From Octopus vulgaris (taxonomy: Eukaryota): 64,000 nt of DNA. Below the pieces are notes generated by a model. That model made no database searches, had not been told where the DNA came from, and worked only from the letters and a program-made list of their open reading frames with translations. Made by a program: the position numbers and the translations under genes. The stretch spans positions 40,920,001-40,984,000 of the forward strand of contig OX597820.1 in NCBI GenBank assembly GCA_951406725.2. Direction: 5' to 3'. Below, in pieces: positions 27,407 through 41,825 of the stretch. How positions within the stretch are numbered: position 1 is the stretch's first letter; every line of letters begins with the position of its first letter.

Positions 27407-27554
27407 AACACAAAAATGTGTGTGTATATGCATATATATATATATATATATATATATGTATACATATATATATATTCATATATATGCATATACACACACA
27501 TTTATGTGTTTCTCTCTCTCTCTATATATATACAAATATATATGTATGTATATA

Positions 27555-27633
<79 letters not shown>

Positions 27634-28004
27634 GTATGTATGTATCCATAAACCACTTCATGTGCTGAATATACGTACATATACTATTTATATGAACACA
27701 ATATACAGTATATATACATATGCATATATATGTGTGTGCACGCGTGCGTATGCATGTGTATGTGCGTGTGGACTTGTATGTATGTGCACGTGTGTGTGCT
27801 TGTGTGTGAATGTGTGTATTTATAGGCGGGTAAAATAAAATAATTATTCAAGAAAGCGCAAGTAGCTTTGGCAAAAGATTATAGTGTAGCAAGATAGGAG
27901 TGGAATAATAAGATTGATATTAACAGTGTGAAATGGTGCGAAACAGAGATACATATATAGATAGGTTAATAGAGAAAGCTATGGACAGACAGACCAATCT
28001 ATGA

Positions 28005-28080
<76 letters not shown>

Positions 28081-28176
28081 GCAGATAGCCAGATAGATTG
28101 ATATACAAACATATTTTGTGTGTATATATCTGTCTCACTGCATATATGTATATATATATATATATCATATATATAC

Positions 28177-28245
<69 letters not shown>

Positions 28246-28273
28246 CATATATACATATGTATACGTATGTATG

Positions 28274-28332
<59 letters not shown>

Positions 28333-29585
28333 GGTATGTCTATTTCGTACATATGAATGTATCCTTGTGTAAATCTTATGAGATATTTTCTTTTCTATAT
28401 GTGTATGCATGTGTCAGTCTGTGTGCATTGTATACTGTAATTTTGCGTGTGAATACGGTTGTGTAAGTTTGTAAGTAATAGGTGGGGTGAGATTTGTAAG
28501 AATATGATAGTTAGGAATAAATGTATGTTTAAAAGAAAAAAAAAGTTGGTAAACAGTATGAAACAGCAGAACATGGAGAGAAAATAAAGACAAAGAGAGA
28601 GAGGGGGATCAAGAGAGAGAGAGAGAGAGAGAGAGAAGGAGGCAGATAGAGAGTGAGTTGGAGATAGGGTGAATAAAAATATGAGAATGAAGTGGGTAGG
28701 TGGTAAAGAATAATGTTGAAGATGAGAGGAGTGGAAGAGGTGAAGAAAGAGATGAGATGGTTGGAAAGCGAAAAAATATTAGATGGGAATAAGAAAGGAA
28801 AATAGCAGAAGAAAATTCCAAAATTAAAATTAAAATTAAAACAAAATAAAATTGCGAAAAGGTAAAAAAAAACATAGTAATAATAATAATAATTTACTCG
28901 AAAAATATTTGAAAGAAAAAAAAATAAACGTGGGAAAAAAAAATCTGAAGGTATAACAAGTAGGATTGAGTATTGAAAATGTATAAAAATATATGAAATG
29001 TATATATAAATATGTATAAAATTTTTGAATAAACCAACAGGGAGGGAGAAAAACATTGGAAGAGTTATAATATTAGACAAGAGATGTGTGTGTGTGAGAG
29101 AAGTATATAGGTATGTGGTTGAAAGATGGAAAGGAGGAATAAAATACGTTGACAAATGGATGTTTTGTGTGTCTAGGGAGGAAGTAAGTAGGATGGGCTA
29201 TATTGATGGTGAGATTCTGTGGTTGGCTGGTTGGCTGGTTGGTCGGCTGGTGGTGGTGGTGGTGGTGGTGGTGGTGGTGGTGGTGGTGGTGATGGCAGTG
29301 GCAGTGATGCTGGTGGTAGATGGGATATATTAATATAAAGTGTGGGAATATATAGTACATGAAGTGGAGCTCGTGTGGGATTGGGGGATTGAGAGAGAGG
29401 GAGCGAGAGAGAGAGAGAGAGAGAAAACAGGAGGATGGAAAGGGAGAGAGGTAAGATGCACAGAGGATAGAGTAAAGAAAAATATCTTGGTATATATACA
29501 TACATGCATACCTATATATGTATATAAAAGATATGTATTTTTAAATATACATATATTTGCGTTTATATGTATGTTTGCACATATT

Positions 29586-29659
<74 letters not shown>

Positions 29660-30109
29660 GGTATAGATATATATACATACGATCGCAAATACATACACAC
29701 ATACACACACTAAAAGAAATTCTACAAAAATACAGTACTTAATACGATTGAATGTTTGTGTGTGTGTGTGTGTGTATGTGTGTGTGTGTGTGTATGTGTG
29801 TGTATCATACAGAAGATATATGCATACACACACACACACATACACACATACATATATGTGCGTAAATAGCACGCGTAAATACACATGTATACGTACATGC
29901 ACACATACAAACACACACATGTATACACGAATACGCATAAATAAGGGTGGAAATAAAAAGGTAATGACAGAGCAGACGAACAAAGTAAAAACAACAGAAT
30001 CAGAACCAGGAAGTATGAAGGATGAGAGAGAATAACTGATACATACTGAGATACGGAGATAGATAAGAATACATAGAGAGATGGAGAAATAGGTAGTTAT
30101 ATATATATG

Positions 30110-30144
<35 letters not shown>

Positions 30145-30250
30145 GGGGGGAGAATGTGTGATTGTATGAATGTGTCAAGCAAGAGATGGAATAAAAATGA
30201 AATTGAAAGTGAGCCCCTGTTTCTGTGTGGATACGTGCGTGCATGTCTGC

Positions 30251-30288
<38 letters not shown>

Positions 30289-30560
30289 GTGTGGTTGGGT
30301 GGGTGGGGTGGTGGGGGCAGAGGGATGTCTGTGTGGAATTAAAGATGGAATATGTAAGGAAAACTGCAACAACAACAACAACAGCAACAACAACAACAAC
30401 AATAACAACAACAAGAGATAATAAGCAAAGATGAAAATAAATTAAAGAAAGAACTAAAAACAATCGAAGCTGAGAAGTAAGGAGAATATGGGAGATGGGG
30501 CTGGCGGGGTGGGGATGTGGGAATGAGGTAGGTAATGTGAGAGAGGGGGCGAGAGAGGAA

Positions 30561-30604
<44 letters not shown>

Positions 30605-30654
30605 GGAAGAGAGAGAGAGAGAGTTGAATTGAAGTAAAATTTTAAAACATGAGA

Positions 30655-30659
30655 ATAAC

Positions 30660-30701
<42 letters not shown>

Positions 30702-30747
30702 CATGATAATGATGATGATCATGACGATGATGATGATGATGATGATA

Positions 30748-30780
<33 letters not shown>

Positions 30781-30781
30781 C

Positions 30782-30813
<32 letters not shown>

Positions 30814-30895
30814 CTGATGATGATGATGCTGATGATGATGATGATGATGATGATATGATGATAATAATGATAATGATGATGATGATCATCATGAC

Positions 30896-30943
<48 letters not shown>

Positions 30944-31340
30944 GATGATGGTGATGATGATGATGATGATGGTGGTGATGATGATGATGGTGATGATGAT
31001 GATGATGAAGGTGATGATGATGTGGGTGGTGGGGTAGTGGTAGGGGTGACGATGATGATCAAGATGATCCTGATCATGATGATCAGGAGGAGGAGGAGGA
31101 GGAAGAGGAGGAGTATGTTGATGACGACGTAAGCGATAATGATCATGGCGATAACGTTGATGACGTAGAGGGGATGATGATAATGAATGTGGTGGTGGTG
31201 ATGCTCGTCGTGTCGGTGATGAAGATGAAGATGCTGATACTGATGGCGGGGGTGATATAACTGATGATGATCATGATGATCATGATGATGATGATAATGA
31301 TGATCATGACGATGATGGTGATGGGGATGATGATGACTGT
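30655..31340. repeat. Long (AAT)n/(GAT)n/(GGA)n trinucleotide low-complexity region
   Basis: Directly visible. It gives the poly-I/poly-M/poly-S ORFs. Confidence 0.95.
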
Positions 31341-31679
31341 GATACTAATACGAATAGTACTATTAAAAATAATAGTTTATTCAATTAAAATAAGGAAATT
31401 AATAGCAATTTTTAATAATAAACTACAAAATCAACAAGTGTAGCTACGATAACGATGACATGAATGATTCAGATTCTGATCCTGATCCTGATTCTGATGA
31501 GAATGATTCTGATGATGATGAGGAGGAGGAGGAGGAGGAGGAGGCGGAGGAGGGTGGTATCCACGGTAACAGTATAGACATGGTCTGTATATAAACAACA
31601 ATATGACACTGATGACAATTAGCATCACCATTATCCCCAAAATAATAATAGTGCTGAAAATTTATTATTGTTATTATCA

Positions 31680-31715
<36 letters not shown>

Positions 31716-32249
31716 GTCATCGTCGTCGTCGTTGTCATCATCATCATCGTGTAAGCATCAATTAATATTAAAATGTTAGAAACTATTATCGTTGCCGTTT
31801 TACTTTTTTATTTTTATTTCTTTGGTTATAATTGATTTTCGCTATTGAAGATGACATTACACAGTGAAGAAACTGTTTTTATTCCAATATTAATTCATAA
31901 AACAATGGCTGCTTTTCCATGAGCAAAGGAGTTCGTTATCCCATTATTTGCGATAGAGGAGAAGCTTGTTTTTAGATATGTTAAGTTGTTTACGCATTTT
32001 TTGATAAATAGATATTTGCAGGATTTACATGCATTGCCAGATGGTCGACTCAGAAGTGACAAGAACTGTATGCTATAAGCGGTGGAAGCAACAGTGAAAA
32101 TAAAAAAAAAAAAAAAGAAAGAAAGAAAAAACATCGTCAACTTCCTGTGAAACGAAAAATAAATCAAAGATATTCGTAGAACTTATAATGGGAATAAGAA
32201 GTGCATTGTAACCGCGAATGTGTATGTGAAAAACAATGCACTACAGCGA

Positions 32250-32415
32250 TAAAACAAGCAGAGAACTATATTTTGTTATTTGCAAACGTTTTCAGACAGA
32301 AGGAATGACTCGACTTGAATCAGGTCAAGAAAAAGGAAGAGCGAACGAGATTTGTTGCAGAAGATATTATTTCTTTGTCCGACGAATTAATCCAGGAAAA
32401 AGCGAAGAGAAATAC
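32250..32415 (+). mobile_element. Possible decayed Tc1-like transposase N-terminal fragment
   Basis: ICKRFQTEG...GQEKGRANE...RYYFFVRRINP loosely resembles the Tc1 pattern W.RFQ.TG.....G.GR.R.T...DRY.....RRN. Weak. Confidence 0.3.
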
Positions 32416-33546
32416 GACATGGTTGCTTAAAAAGTTAATGGAGAATTCCACATGCTACAGAAGAAAAGAAGCAGGACACCTTGGTCGATGTGTGGCAAGA
32501 ATTAGGCTCCGTCAACCATGATTGGGCATACGGAAGCATGTGTCTCGTTTTTAAGACCAAGAATCAGGGATTGCGGTTGGTAAAGCATTTCAGTCTGCCA
32601 GTTCACAGAGTAGTTTCATAACACGTGAACTAAGGAAAACTAGATTCCTTGTCAGAGATTTTGGCATGGACCTTTGGTTTGGTGTCACCTTTGGGTAACT
32701 GTACTAAACTCAATGGTTGAGCAACACCGAGGGTATAGTTTACGAGAATTGATCCGCAATGATATATGGTCAGAAGAGTAAACTTAGTCTGGACATACAG
32801 TTCCTAACGATCATCGAATATCACAAGGATATTCTGGAGCATTAGTCTTCAGTGAGCAGAACGGAAGAAAATTTGACTGCTGGCATTAGTCAGAAGATTT
32901 AGTTGCTATACGCGTGCTAGCGTAAACCATATGAGGGCTACAAAGTAGTATCAACCACAACAATAGGTCAGGGGAATGAAGACTATAGCTGTAGCTACCG
33001 GTATTTCCAGAGCATCGCCTATCATAGCATTGAAAAAAGACAAGCTGAAACAAACGAGTCGTCTCGTCCTTGGTACTAGCTGTAGATTTCACAGTCGACC
33101 ACTGAGAAGTCAATGTGCCTCACGTCCTTTTGCAATGACGAGTAGCAAATAGAAAACTGGGGAAGGGTAAGGGAAAAGACTGATCTCTGAGGAAAGACAG
33201 GGAACAGAGAAGAAATACATCAGGAAAAAATCACTCGACTTCAACAGGTCGCAGGAGCTTGATGGTGAATTAGGACACGAAATGCAGCGAACTCTATCTA
33301 AATGATGGCTGTGGAAGAATACGGACCATATAAAAGGAGGATGTTGGCAAACATCATTCAATCCTAGATAACAAAAGGTTATAGGCCGAAACTTCTCAGG
33401 ACTACTTTTGGAACAACAAGTTTATAAAAAGTTTAGAGAGCAGATGACCACCGTGAGGTACAGTGATCCTATCTAGCTTTTCTTCTCTTAGTGGGTAGAC
33501 TATCTTTTTTGTGTTCTAAATTTTTAATAAACTTCGTTGTATTGTT

Positions 33547-33585
<39 letters not shown>

Positions 33586-33598
33586 GTCATCATCATCG

Positions 33599-33634
<36 letters not shown>

Positions 33635-33646
33635 ACATCACTGTTA

Positions 33647-34048
33647 CTGGCGAGCTGGCAGAGACGTTAGCAAGCCAGGCGAAATGCTTAGAGGTATTTA
33701 ATCTGTCTTTACATTCTGAGTTCAAATTCCACCGAGGTCACCTTTCATCCTTTCGGGGTCGATAAATTAAGTACCAGTTGCGTACTGGGGTTGATCTAAT
33801 CAACTGGCCCCCTCCCTCAAAATTTCAGGCCTTGTGCCTAGAATAGAAAAGAATCGTTAGCACGCTGGGCTAGATGCTTCGCAGCATTTCGTCCGTGTTA
33901 ACATTCTGGGTTCAAATTCCGCCAAGATCAAGTTTGCCTTTCATCCTTTCGGAGTTGATAAAATAAGCACCAGTTCAACACTGGGGTCGGTGTAATCGAC
34001 TCATCCTCTCCCCACAAATTGCTGCCCTTGAGGAAACATTTGAAACTA
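33647..34048 (+). mobile_element. Two head-to-tail SINE family A copies
   Basis: Copy 1 spans 33647-33852. Copy 2 starts at GAATCGTTAGCACGC (about 33851) and ends at AAACATTTGAAAC. Confidence 0.88.
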
Positions 34049-34071
34049 TTACTATTATTATTATTATTATT

Positions 34072-34569
34072 GAGTGAGCGAGCAGAGCATGCCATCAAAG
34101 TGACACTGGGGTAAAATATACGAAGCCCAGTATACCCATCATGACTACCCGTCTGATAAGGGTACACCAGGCACATGCATCACAACCATATGTGCGCGAC
34201 ATGGTGATCTCATATCAAGATAAACAGCACATGACCTTGCAGGTGGAGTCCAGTTAGAATTTTCTTCAGATCGAGTAACCCATCCCGCTCGAAAGATCCC
34301 TGAATAAGGGTTGTTTAAGGACGTTGAACGAAACACCCATGTTTCCAGAGGTGAATTATTCAAACCCCAAAGAATCCTTCTCAACACATGGCTATGATGC
34401 TCCCCCACTATTTCTGCTCGTGATCAGAGATGCACATATCGTCAGCCACTAAGGGACATGCTCAACTGGTTATGGTCAAACAACTGACAAGCAAATCTGT
34501 GGTATTGAGCAGAATATTTGCTGTAGCCCATCTTTTATACCAAGACAAAACAATGTACATGATAACACT
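34072..34569. mobile_element. Unclassified ~500-bp insertion within a (TTA)n array
   Basis: Complex, GC-richer block flanked on both sides by (ATT)n. There is only one copy in this window, so its status as a repeat rests on my recollection of octopus repeats. Confidence 0.55.
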
Positions 34570-34592
34570 ATTATTATTATTATTATTATTAC

Positions 34593-34670
<78 letters not shown>

Positions 34671-35130
34671 CATTATTAGTTATTATTATTATTGGCATCA
34701 TCATCATCACCACCATCACCACCACCACCATTCTTATTGTTTAATTTTATCATTATTACGGAGAAGAAATATAACAACGATAACGTCATCACCAGGTCTT
34801 CACCCTATGACTGTAGGAAGCCATGCGTAAACTGTAGAATGAACTCCTGATGGTCTATTTCTCATTCTTTGAGTGCTAACAAATTCCATGTAACTTTGTA
34901 AAGGTTGTATGTCTACACTGGTTAATGAATATGCATTCGTACAATTAGCATGTATGGAGGCACATGCAAACACACACGCATACACTTACATACAAACTCA
35001 CATACACATGTATATATAAGCGTGTGTGTGTGTGTGTGTGTGTGTGTACATATATATATAAATATATATATTTCGTTTTTGGATTTGGTTTGCAAGATTC
35101 TTTATGTGAGCTCGTGTCTTGAAGAATATT

Positions 35131-35326
35131 CTGTTGTGTCTGGGGAGAGTCATTTTCTTTTTGTGCCTTATAATATAACACACTCACCGGTAAAATTTTC
35201 ACTTTTTTCTTTTTTTTCTTTTTCTTTTTATTTTTATAAAAATAAGAAAAAAAAGTGGAAATTTTACCGATGAGTGTGTTATATTATAAGGCACAAAAAG
35301 AAAATGACTCTCCCCAGACACAACAG
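35131..35326. repeat. Near-perfect inverted repeat (~80-bp arms)
   Basis: CTGTTGTGTCTGGGGAGAGTCATTTTC...CCGGTAAAATTTTCACTTTTTT (35131-35208) is the reverse complement of 35249-35326 with very few mismatches. The spacer is T/A-rich. Confidence 0.95.
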
Positions 35327-35327
35327 T

Positions 35328-35383
<56 letters not shown>

Positions 35384-36258
35384 GAGAAAGCACATACATA
35401 TATAGATATGTATATACATTCATACATTCATGCTTACATACATACGTACATTTACACGTTCCTATTCGCAAATTACCATAAAATCATCATCCATGCACAA
35501 GGATAACAGCGACACCAGATGAAGTTTCCGTGATCTGGTGCTCCAGCATGGGCACAAAACATATCAGTTAAACTAAAGAAATAAATTAAAGATATACTCA
35601 TGCTCACGAACATGTCTTGGCATTTAACAGGTATCCATCTAAGTAGGTGTAAATGCACGCACCTACATACACGAGTGTGTGCGTGTATGTGTGTGCATGT
35701 GTGTGTATGATGTGCTTTTTATGTTTTACATATAGGTAGGAAATTAGAATGCAAGCAATCACGTCTAAATGAGTGGCTATGTATGGAACAATCCTAATTA
35801 TAATTGCAATAATTATATAAAACTATTTTATGTCCTCGTGCAGGCTCAACGTACATATTCCCAGATTAGTTCACGTGCAAGCATATGCATTTGTGTGTAA
35901 TTTCCATGTATAAGAATGCATATGCACATTTGTTAGCCAGTGTGTCAGTGAGCGTACATATGTATTTGTGTACATGAGGCGATGGGTGAGAGGGAAGCGT
36001 GCATCTGATAATAATTCTCTGTGCTGTCATTATCTTAAGTAAATATGCTGCAGTACGCCAGCCTGGTGAGTGTCTCGGACGTACAACCAAAACAGAAACA
36101 ATATTATAAACACGTGCATACCCATATCCACATAGAATCATACAGACACTGCAAAGTATGATTTCATACTCACTTTCTCTCTATATATATATGTGTGTGT
36201 GCGTGTGTGTGTGTTTGTGTGTGTGTGCGTGCGTGTGTGTATGTGTGTATACATATAT

Positions 36259-36314
<56 letters not shown>

Positions 36315-37037
36315 ATGTTTATACATATATATGCATGTATGCATGCATGTACTATGTAGATACAAACATATGCTTGTATGTCTACAGTTGTGTATACATA
36401 CCTGTTGCATGCGTCTATGAATTCAAGTCCTGAGATTTTTGCGTGATAGTAGATCAGTGGTATACACAGACGTCTGAGTAGTAACAGAGCGTGATTTCTA
36501 TGTATGTTTGCAGGGAAAGATTGAAGAAGACAAAGGGGGAGATAGAAGGAGGAAGAGCGGGATAGAAAAAGTAGAGAGGACTTGGAGAGAAACAAACATA
36601 GTGTGGGTAGGATTGCTGGGTGAGTGAATGCGTGAGTAAATGAGTGTTAGTGAGTTGAGTGTTTGGTTAAAAAATTGTTTGAATTTTATTCAACGTATGT
36701 TCCTTATGTTTTTTGTCTTTCAATATCTTTGTCCCCTATTGTGCTAGAATACTCTGGATTGGTAGGCAGGTAAATTCGTAAGTTGCAGGATGGGTATATT
36801 GGTGGAAATGTAGTTTTTTTGCAAGGGTAGACAGATTAGCATGTAGTTATGAAAGATTGTGTGTAGCTTTATAGTTGGGTTGATAGATACGTAGGTAGAT
36901 AAATATATAGATACAAGATAATGCCTGATTAACTTAGAAGAGTGTGAGTAAATAAGCATAACGTCTGACAGATTAATCTGAATAGAAAAGCAGAAATGTG
37001 GGTAAAGCTGTTGGAAAATAGGCGAGTAGAGAAGTAA

Positions 37038-37340
37038 AGGCCCTCTTCAGTCATGAATAACGATGGGATTGTGCCAAGAAAGTTACCCTCCTAGGCACAA
37101 ATCCAGCAGAGGTCTATGCATACCAGCCTCCCTACACCATGCCATTGATGTTATCCAAGGGAAAGGAAAAGGCCGATACAGCTTGGCACCAGTGACGTCG
37201 CAACTCATTTCTACAATTGGGCGAACTGGAGCAACGTGAAATAAAGTGTCTTGGTCAAGAATACAACACACAGCCTGGTCCAGGAATCTAACTCACAACC
37301 TCACGATGGTAAGCTCGACGCTTTAACCAATGCGCCATGC
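37038..37340 (-). mobile_element. tRNA-headed SINE, family C-type head with a different tail
   Basis: ACTGGAGCAACGTGAAATAAAGTGTCTTG...GGAATCTAACTCAC...TAACCAATGCGCCATGC matches the 21.3-kb head. 37038-37200 is unlike the 21.1-kb tail. Confidence 0.75.
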
Positions 37341-38171
37341 GGTAGGTATATAGGCAAGTAAAACTATATACAAGCCTGCTTACCTACATGACTGCTTATC
37401 TATATATACCTACTCTAGAACAGGTGTGTAGTATGTATAGTGATAAATAGAAAGAAATGCAGATTTTTAAGTTAGCAAGCAGATAAACAAGCATGCATAA
37501 AATTTCGAAAGGTAAAACAAACACAAATAAATAATCGAATATATAAAGATACTTGTTATAATTGTTTCTAATTTAGGTACAAGGCCAGCAGATACTTTAA
37601 AGGGAATGGATTATTCGCTTCCGCCGATTCCATTACTTTGATATTAATATTATTTTATCGACCGGAACGGGATAAAAAGTAAAGCCGATGTTGGCGGGAT
37701 TCGAACACAGAAAGTAAGACGGTAGAACAAAGTATATATATTTTCTTTTCCGACGCTCATGTGATTCTGCCAATATACCACTCTACCTGTCATAATAAAC
37801 TAACACTTGTTTCCATTTGTTACCTCCCTTCCCTCCTCTCATTCATTATCGTTTAAAAAACAAATTTCTCACTTCCATTTCTCCGGTCTGTTTTATTTAT
37901 CGAGGGAAGCTAGTAAACAGTTTATCTCTCTCTAAGGAAGGGTTATGCCCTAAGCATTAGACTTCTCTTCTTTCTTGCAGCAACAATAATGTATTCCACT
38001 TTGTGAACCTTTTGTACTTATAATAGAGCTTGACGGTTATCTGCGCATGAGCATTAAGCATATTTTATTTTGATATATGTACACAAAAAGGAAAGAGATG
38101 GAACAGGAAAAGGGCAATAAATAGGACGAGAGATAGATTGGATAGGCAGATAGTCACAGCAACAAACAAAC

Positions 38172-38240
<69 letters not shown>

Positions 38241-38378
38241 CATAGATAGATAGACAGACAAAAGGAGGGAGAGATAGAAAGTGACATGAGTATATGTCAT
38301 AAACAAAAACAGAAATATGTTTTAAAATAATGATATTAAACACGACTACAAGTGCAATAAAAATGGTGATGATGATGA

Positions 38379-38419
<41 letters not shown>

Positions 38420-39105
38420 ACAACAACAGCAGCAGCAACAACAACACTATCAATAAATGGCAAGCAAATATGAAGAAACTGAAGGAGGGGGGAGAGGATA
38501 GAGAAAGTATTTTAGAAATGAAGGAAACAACAAAACAATATTTCAAAAAAATGAAAGAAAAACGAATGTAAAAGATCAGTTGAAAGCAAGCAAGGAGAAA
38601 GATTTAGTGCAAGAAGAAGGGGGAGATAATCACATAGATGGGATTTTTCTTCTTTTTTTTTTTTTTAATTAATAAAAATATAAAAATATAGAAATAAAAA
38701 AAAAATAATTAAAAATATAAATCAATAAAAATAATGAGAATGTAAAAGAATGTGTGTCGGAAGTGACGTTGGGTGAGTTGTGGAGATGGGGGGGGGGGGG
38801 CAACGTTAAAGCAAAAATTGAAATAAAGAAAATTAAGAAATCAAAAAAAAACAGAAACTTTATACGAAAACTAGAAAGAAAAGCGCAAAAAAAAAGAAGA
38901 GAGAAGGGTGTGTGCAAAAATCAAAGAATGCTTTTATTTATTTTTTTATTATTTTAATAACAAAAATTGTTTTAAAAATGGTTTCAGAAGACACCAACCC
39001 CAAACCCGCGCTCATAGATCACACACGCACACACACACAGAGTCTATTCGTCAATATGTGTGTGGTATGCATGCTTACATATATGTGTGTGTGTGTGTAT
39101 ACATA

Positions 39106-39175
<70 letters not shown>

Positions 39176-40407
39176 TATAAGATAAAACTTACTTGGAAAC
39201 ACACATACATCTACACAAACATGCATATAGATATACAAGGAATACATACACGAATATCTATTTATCTATCTCTCTATCTATCTAAATCTATATTTATCTA
39301 TATATCTATCTATCTATGTATATATATATATATATGTATATAAATATGCACACATACACACATAAGTATATATATATATATATATGCATACATGCATATA
39401 CAAATCCCTATATACACGCTCATAGATATATTATATATATATATATATATACATATATATACACACATACACACACGCACACATACACACATACACATAC
39501 ACTGCGGCTATACTTGTGTGTACGCATGTGTACATATGTATATATAATATATATTCCTATGTATGTGCTAAGAACTATACGGTTATAAGTTGTGCACCTA
39601 TTTATATATTCCCCACAAATACACATATGCACATCTACCAGCACATGTATACATAAAGAAAAAAAAGATATGGTTTCTTTGTTTCCAAGGAAGAAATCTG
39701 TGAGAAACGAATGTGTGTTCCGAGGAAAACTCTTGAAGGAAATAAAAATATCGTATGTTGTCTGAAATATTGATTATTACTCGCCAAAATTAACTTAACA
39801 GTACATGTGCATTTGTATGTTCGCGTGTGTATATGCGTATGTGTGTGTGTGTATGTGTGTGTGTGTGTGTGTGGGACGGAGTGTTTGAATAAGTTTGTGT
39901 GTGTGTATCTTGTTAGGTGAGAAGTTAAATCATGTAGGTAGATCAATGTACATCGGAACAAACGTCTGCATCGATGGAGTCTCCTGCATGCCTTCGAGTG
40001 ATGGTGTCATTCAACAGTCTTTCCCACTTTTTTTTTTTCATACTGTTTGCAACAAAATACACACTTATGATATATGTCTGTGAATGTGAGTGCGTGCGTG
40101 CGCGCGCTCATGTGCGTGTGTGTACATGTATGCAAACATATATCTATACACAGACACACATTTCAAAAGTGTAACTATATGTGGATTGTTGGCGATTTTT
40201 TCCCTCCTTCTTCCTTTTCTCTTGAACTTTCCTTTGCCTACTGTTTCTGAAGAAGAGCTTTGCTCGAAACGTAAAACAACTTTTCTTTCCTTCCCTGAGC
40301 GTCTTTTAATACTTTGCATGAACCACGTCCTCGCGTTGTTGCTTTTTCTTGTGCTTTTTTTTTTTTTCGTTTTTTGGGGGATTAATCATATATATATATA
40401 TATATAT

Positions 40408-40773
40408 GAGTGGCTGTGTGGTAAGTAGCTTGCTAACCAACCACATGGTTCCGGGTTCAGTCCCACTGCGTGACATCTTGGGCAAGTGTCTTCTGCTATA
40501 GCCCCGGGCCGACCAATGCCTTGTGAGTGGATTTGGTAGACGGAAACTGAAAGAAGCCTGTCGTATATATGTATATATATATATGTATATATGTCTGTGT
40601 TTGTCCCCCTAGCATTGCTTGACAACCGATGCTTGTGTGTTTACGTCCCCGTCACTTAGCGGTTCGGCAAAAAGAGACCGATACAATAAGTCTCGGGGTC
40701 GATTTACTCGACTAAAGGCGGTGCTCCAGCATGGCCGCAGTCAAATGACTGAAACAAGTAAAAGAATAAAAGA

Positions 40774-40774
<1 letters not shown>
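40408..40774 (+). mobile_element. tRNA-headed SINE family B (full length)
   Basis: Head GAGTGGCTGTGTGGTAAGTAGCTTGC...GGGTTCAGTCCCACTG, then TTGGGCAAGTGTCTTCT, then tail AAGTAAAAGAATAAAAGAG. Inserted in (TA)n. Confidence 0.92.
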
Positions 40775-40814
<40 letters not shown>

Positions 40815-40815
<1 letters not shown>

Positions 40816-41079
40816 GGTCATCCCATAAATAATGTGGGTTTTTTGAAATTGCATGAACCTAATGTCGGAGGGAACGGGATAAACTACTTGCATCAACTTG
40901 TCCTTATTCTTAGTGCAAATTTTAAGGAGTGCAGTTCGATTTTAAAAGTTATTTTTTTCAAAGCTATAATGGAAGTGACAAAGGAGCATATTCGGCATAT
41001 TTTGCTTTATGAGTTCAACAAAGGCAATGACGCAATGGAAAGTGCGAAGAATATTAATGCAGTTTATGGGGATTGGACA
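40815..41079 (+). mobile_element. Mariner transposon 5' remnant (left end plus transposase HTH start), truncated by a SINE
   Basis: Begins after TA with CGGTCATCCCATAAATAATG (putative TIR). The ATG at 40969 gives MEVTKEHIRHILLYEFNKGNDAMESAKNINAVYGD, a Mos1/SETMAR-type mariner N-terminal HTH. Confidence 0.85.
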
Positions 41080-41215
41080 AATTCCACCGAGGTTGACTTT
41101 GCCTTTCAGCTTTTCTGGGGTCGATAAAATATGTGCCAGTTGAACACTGGGGTCGATGTGATCGACTTACCCCGCCTCCATGCTTGCTGGCCCTGTGCCA
41201 ATATCAGAAAACAAT
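41080..41215 (+). mobile_element. SINE family A (5'-truncated)
   Basis: AATTCCACCGAGGTTGACTTTGCCTTTCA...GGGGTCGATGTGATCGACTT. A more degenerate copy follows at about 41440-41610. Confidence 0.8.
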
Positions 41216-41780
41216 ATTTACGTTTATCGTTTGGTTTTTATATTTCAAATTTAAATCTTTTTGAGTAAAAAGTTTGCTTTTCATCATTCAAGGGCAAGAA
41301 AATATAAGTCAGATACTTGGTTGACAGAATTGATTGTTCCTTTCCCCGAAGTTTCTGGCTTTCGTAAGAAGTTGTGCTTTCGTAAGAAATCAATATTTAC
41401 TTTCATGAGATTTTCTATCTTCTTTACGACTAGAGCAGCAAACAAAATGCTTTACGTTCTTTATTTCAGAGATCAAATCCCACCAAAGTCAACTTGACTT
41501 TTCATTTTTCTTAGATTTGACAAAATAAGATTTCTTTTGAGCACTGGATTTAATATAATCGACTTTAACCTTTCTGTAAATTTGACACCTTGTACCTATA
41601 TAAGAATTCAATATTTGTTTCAATATTGCTGTTCAATCAGTTTGATATACGGAGTTAAAAGTCTTCTAAAACTGGGGTCGGCAACCACCAGGCCGCACTA
41701 GATCTTAAAATTTTATTTCTATTTTATTGACTACCATAATCCACGGGGTCCATTATATATATACGTGCGTGCGTGCGTGC

Positions 41781-41825
<45 letters not shown>

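Noticed and set aside
29627-30661. 344-aa minus-strand ORF (longest in the window)
   Set aside because: A concatenation of CT, GTT, CA and TA repeats.
31445-31560. Acidic-looking stretch as another NOL4-like exon
   Set aside because: It is acidic only on the plus strand (opposite to the gene), has no splice signals, and lies within trinucleotide low-complexity sequence.
35477-35572. 96-nt minus-strand candidate exon with a good acceptor
   Set aside because: The only open frame gives an implausible Cys/Trp-rich peptide unlike NOL4.
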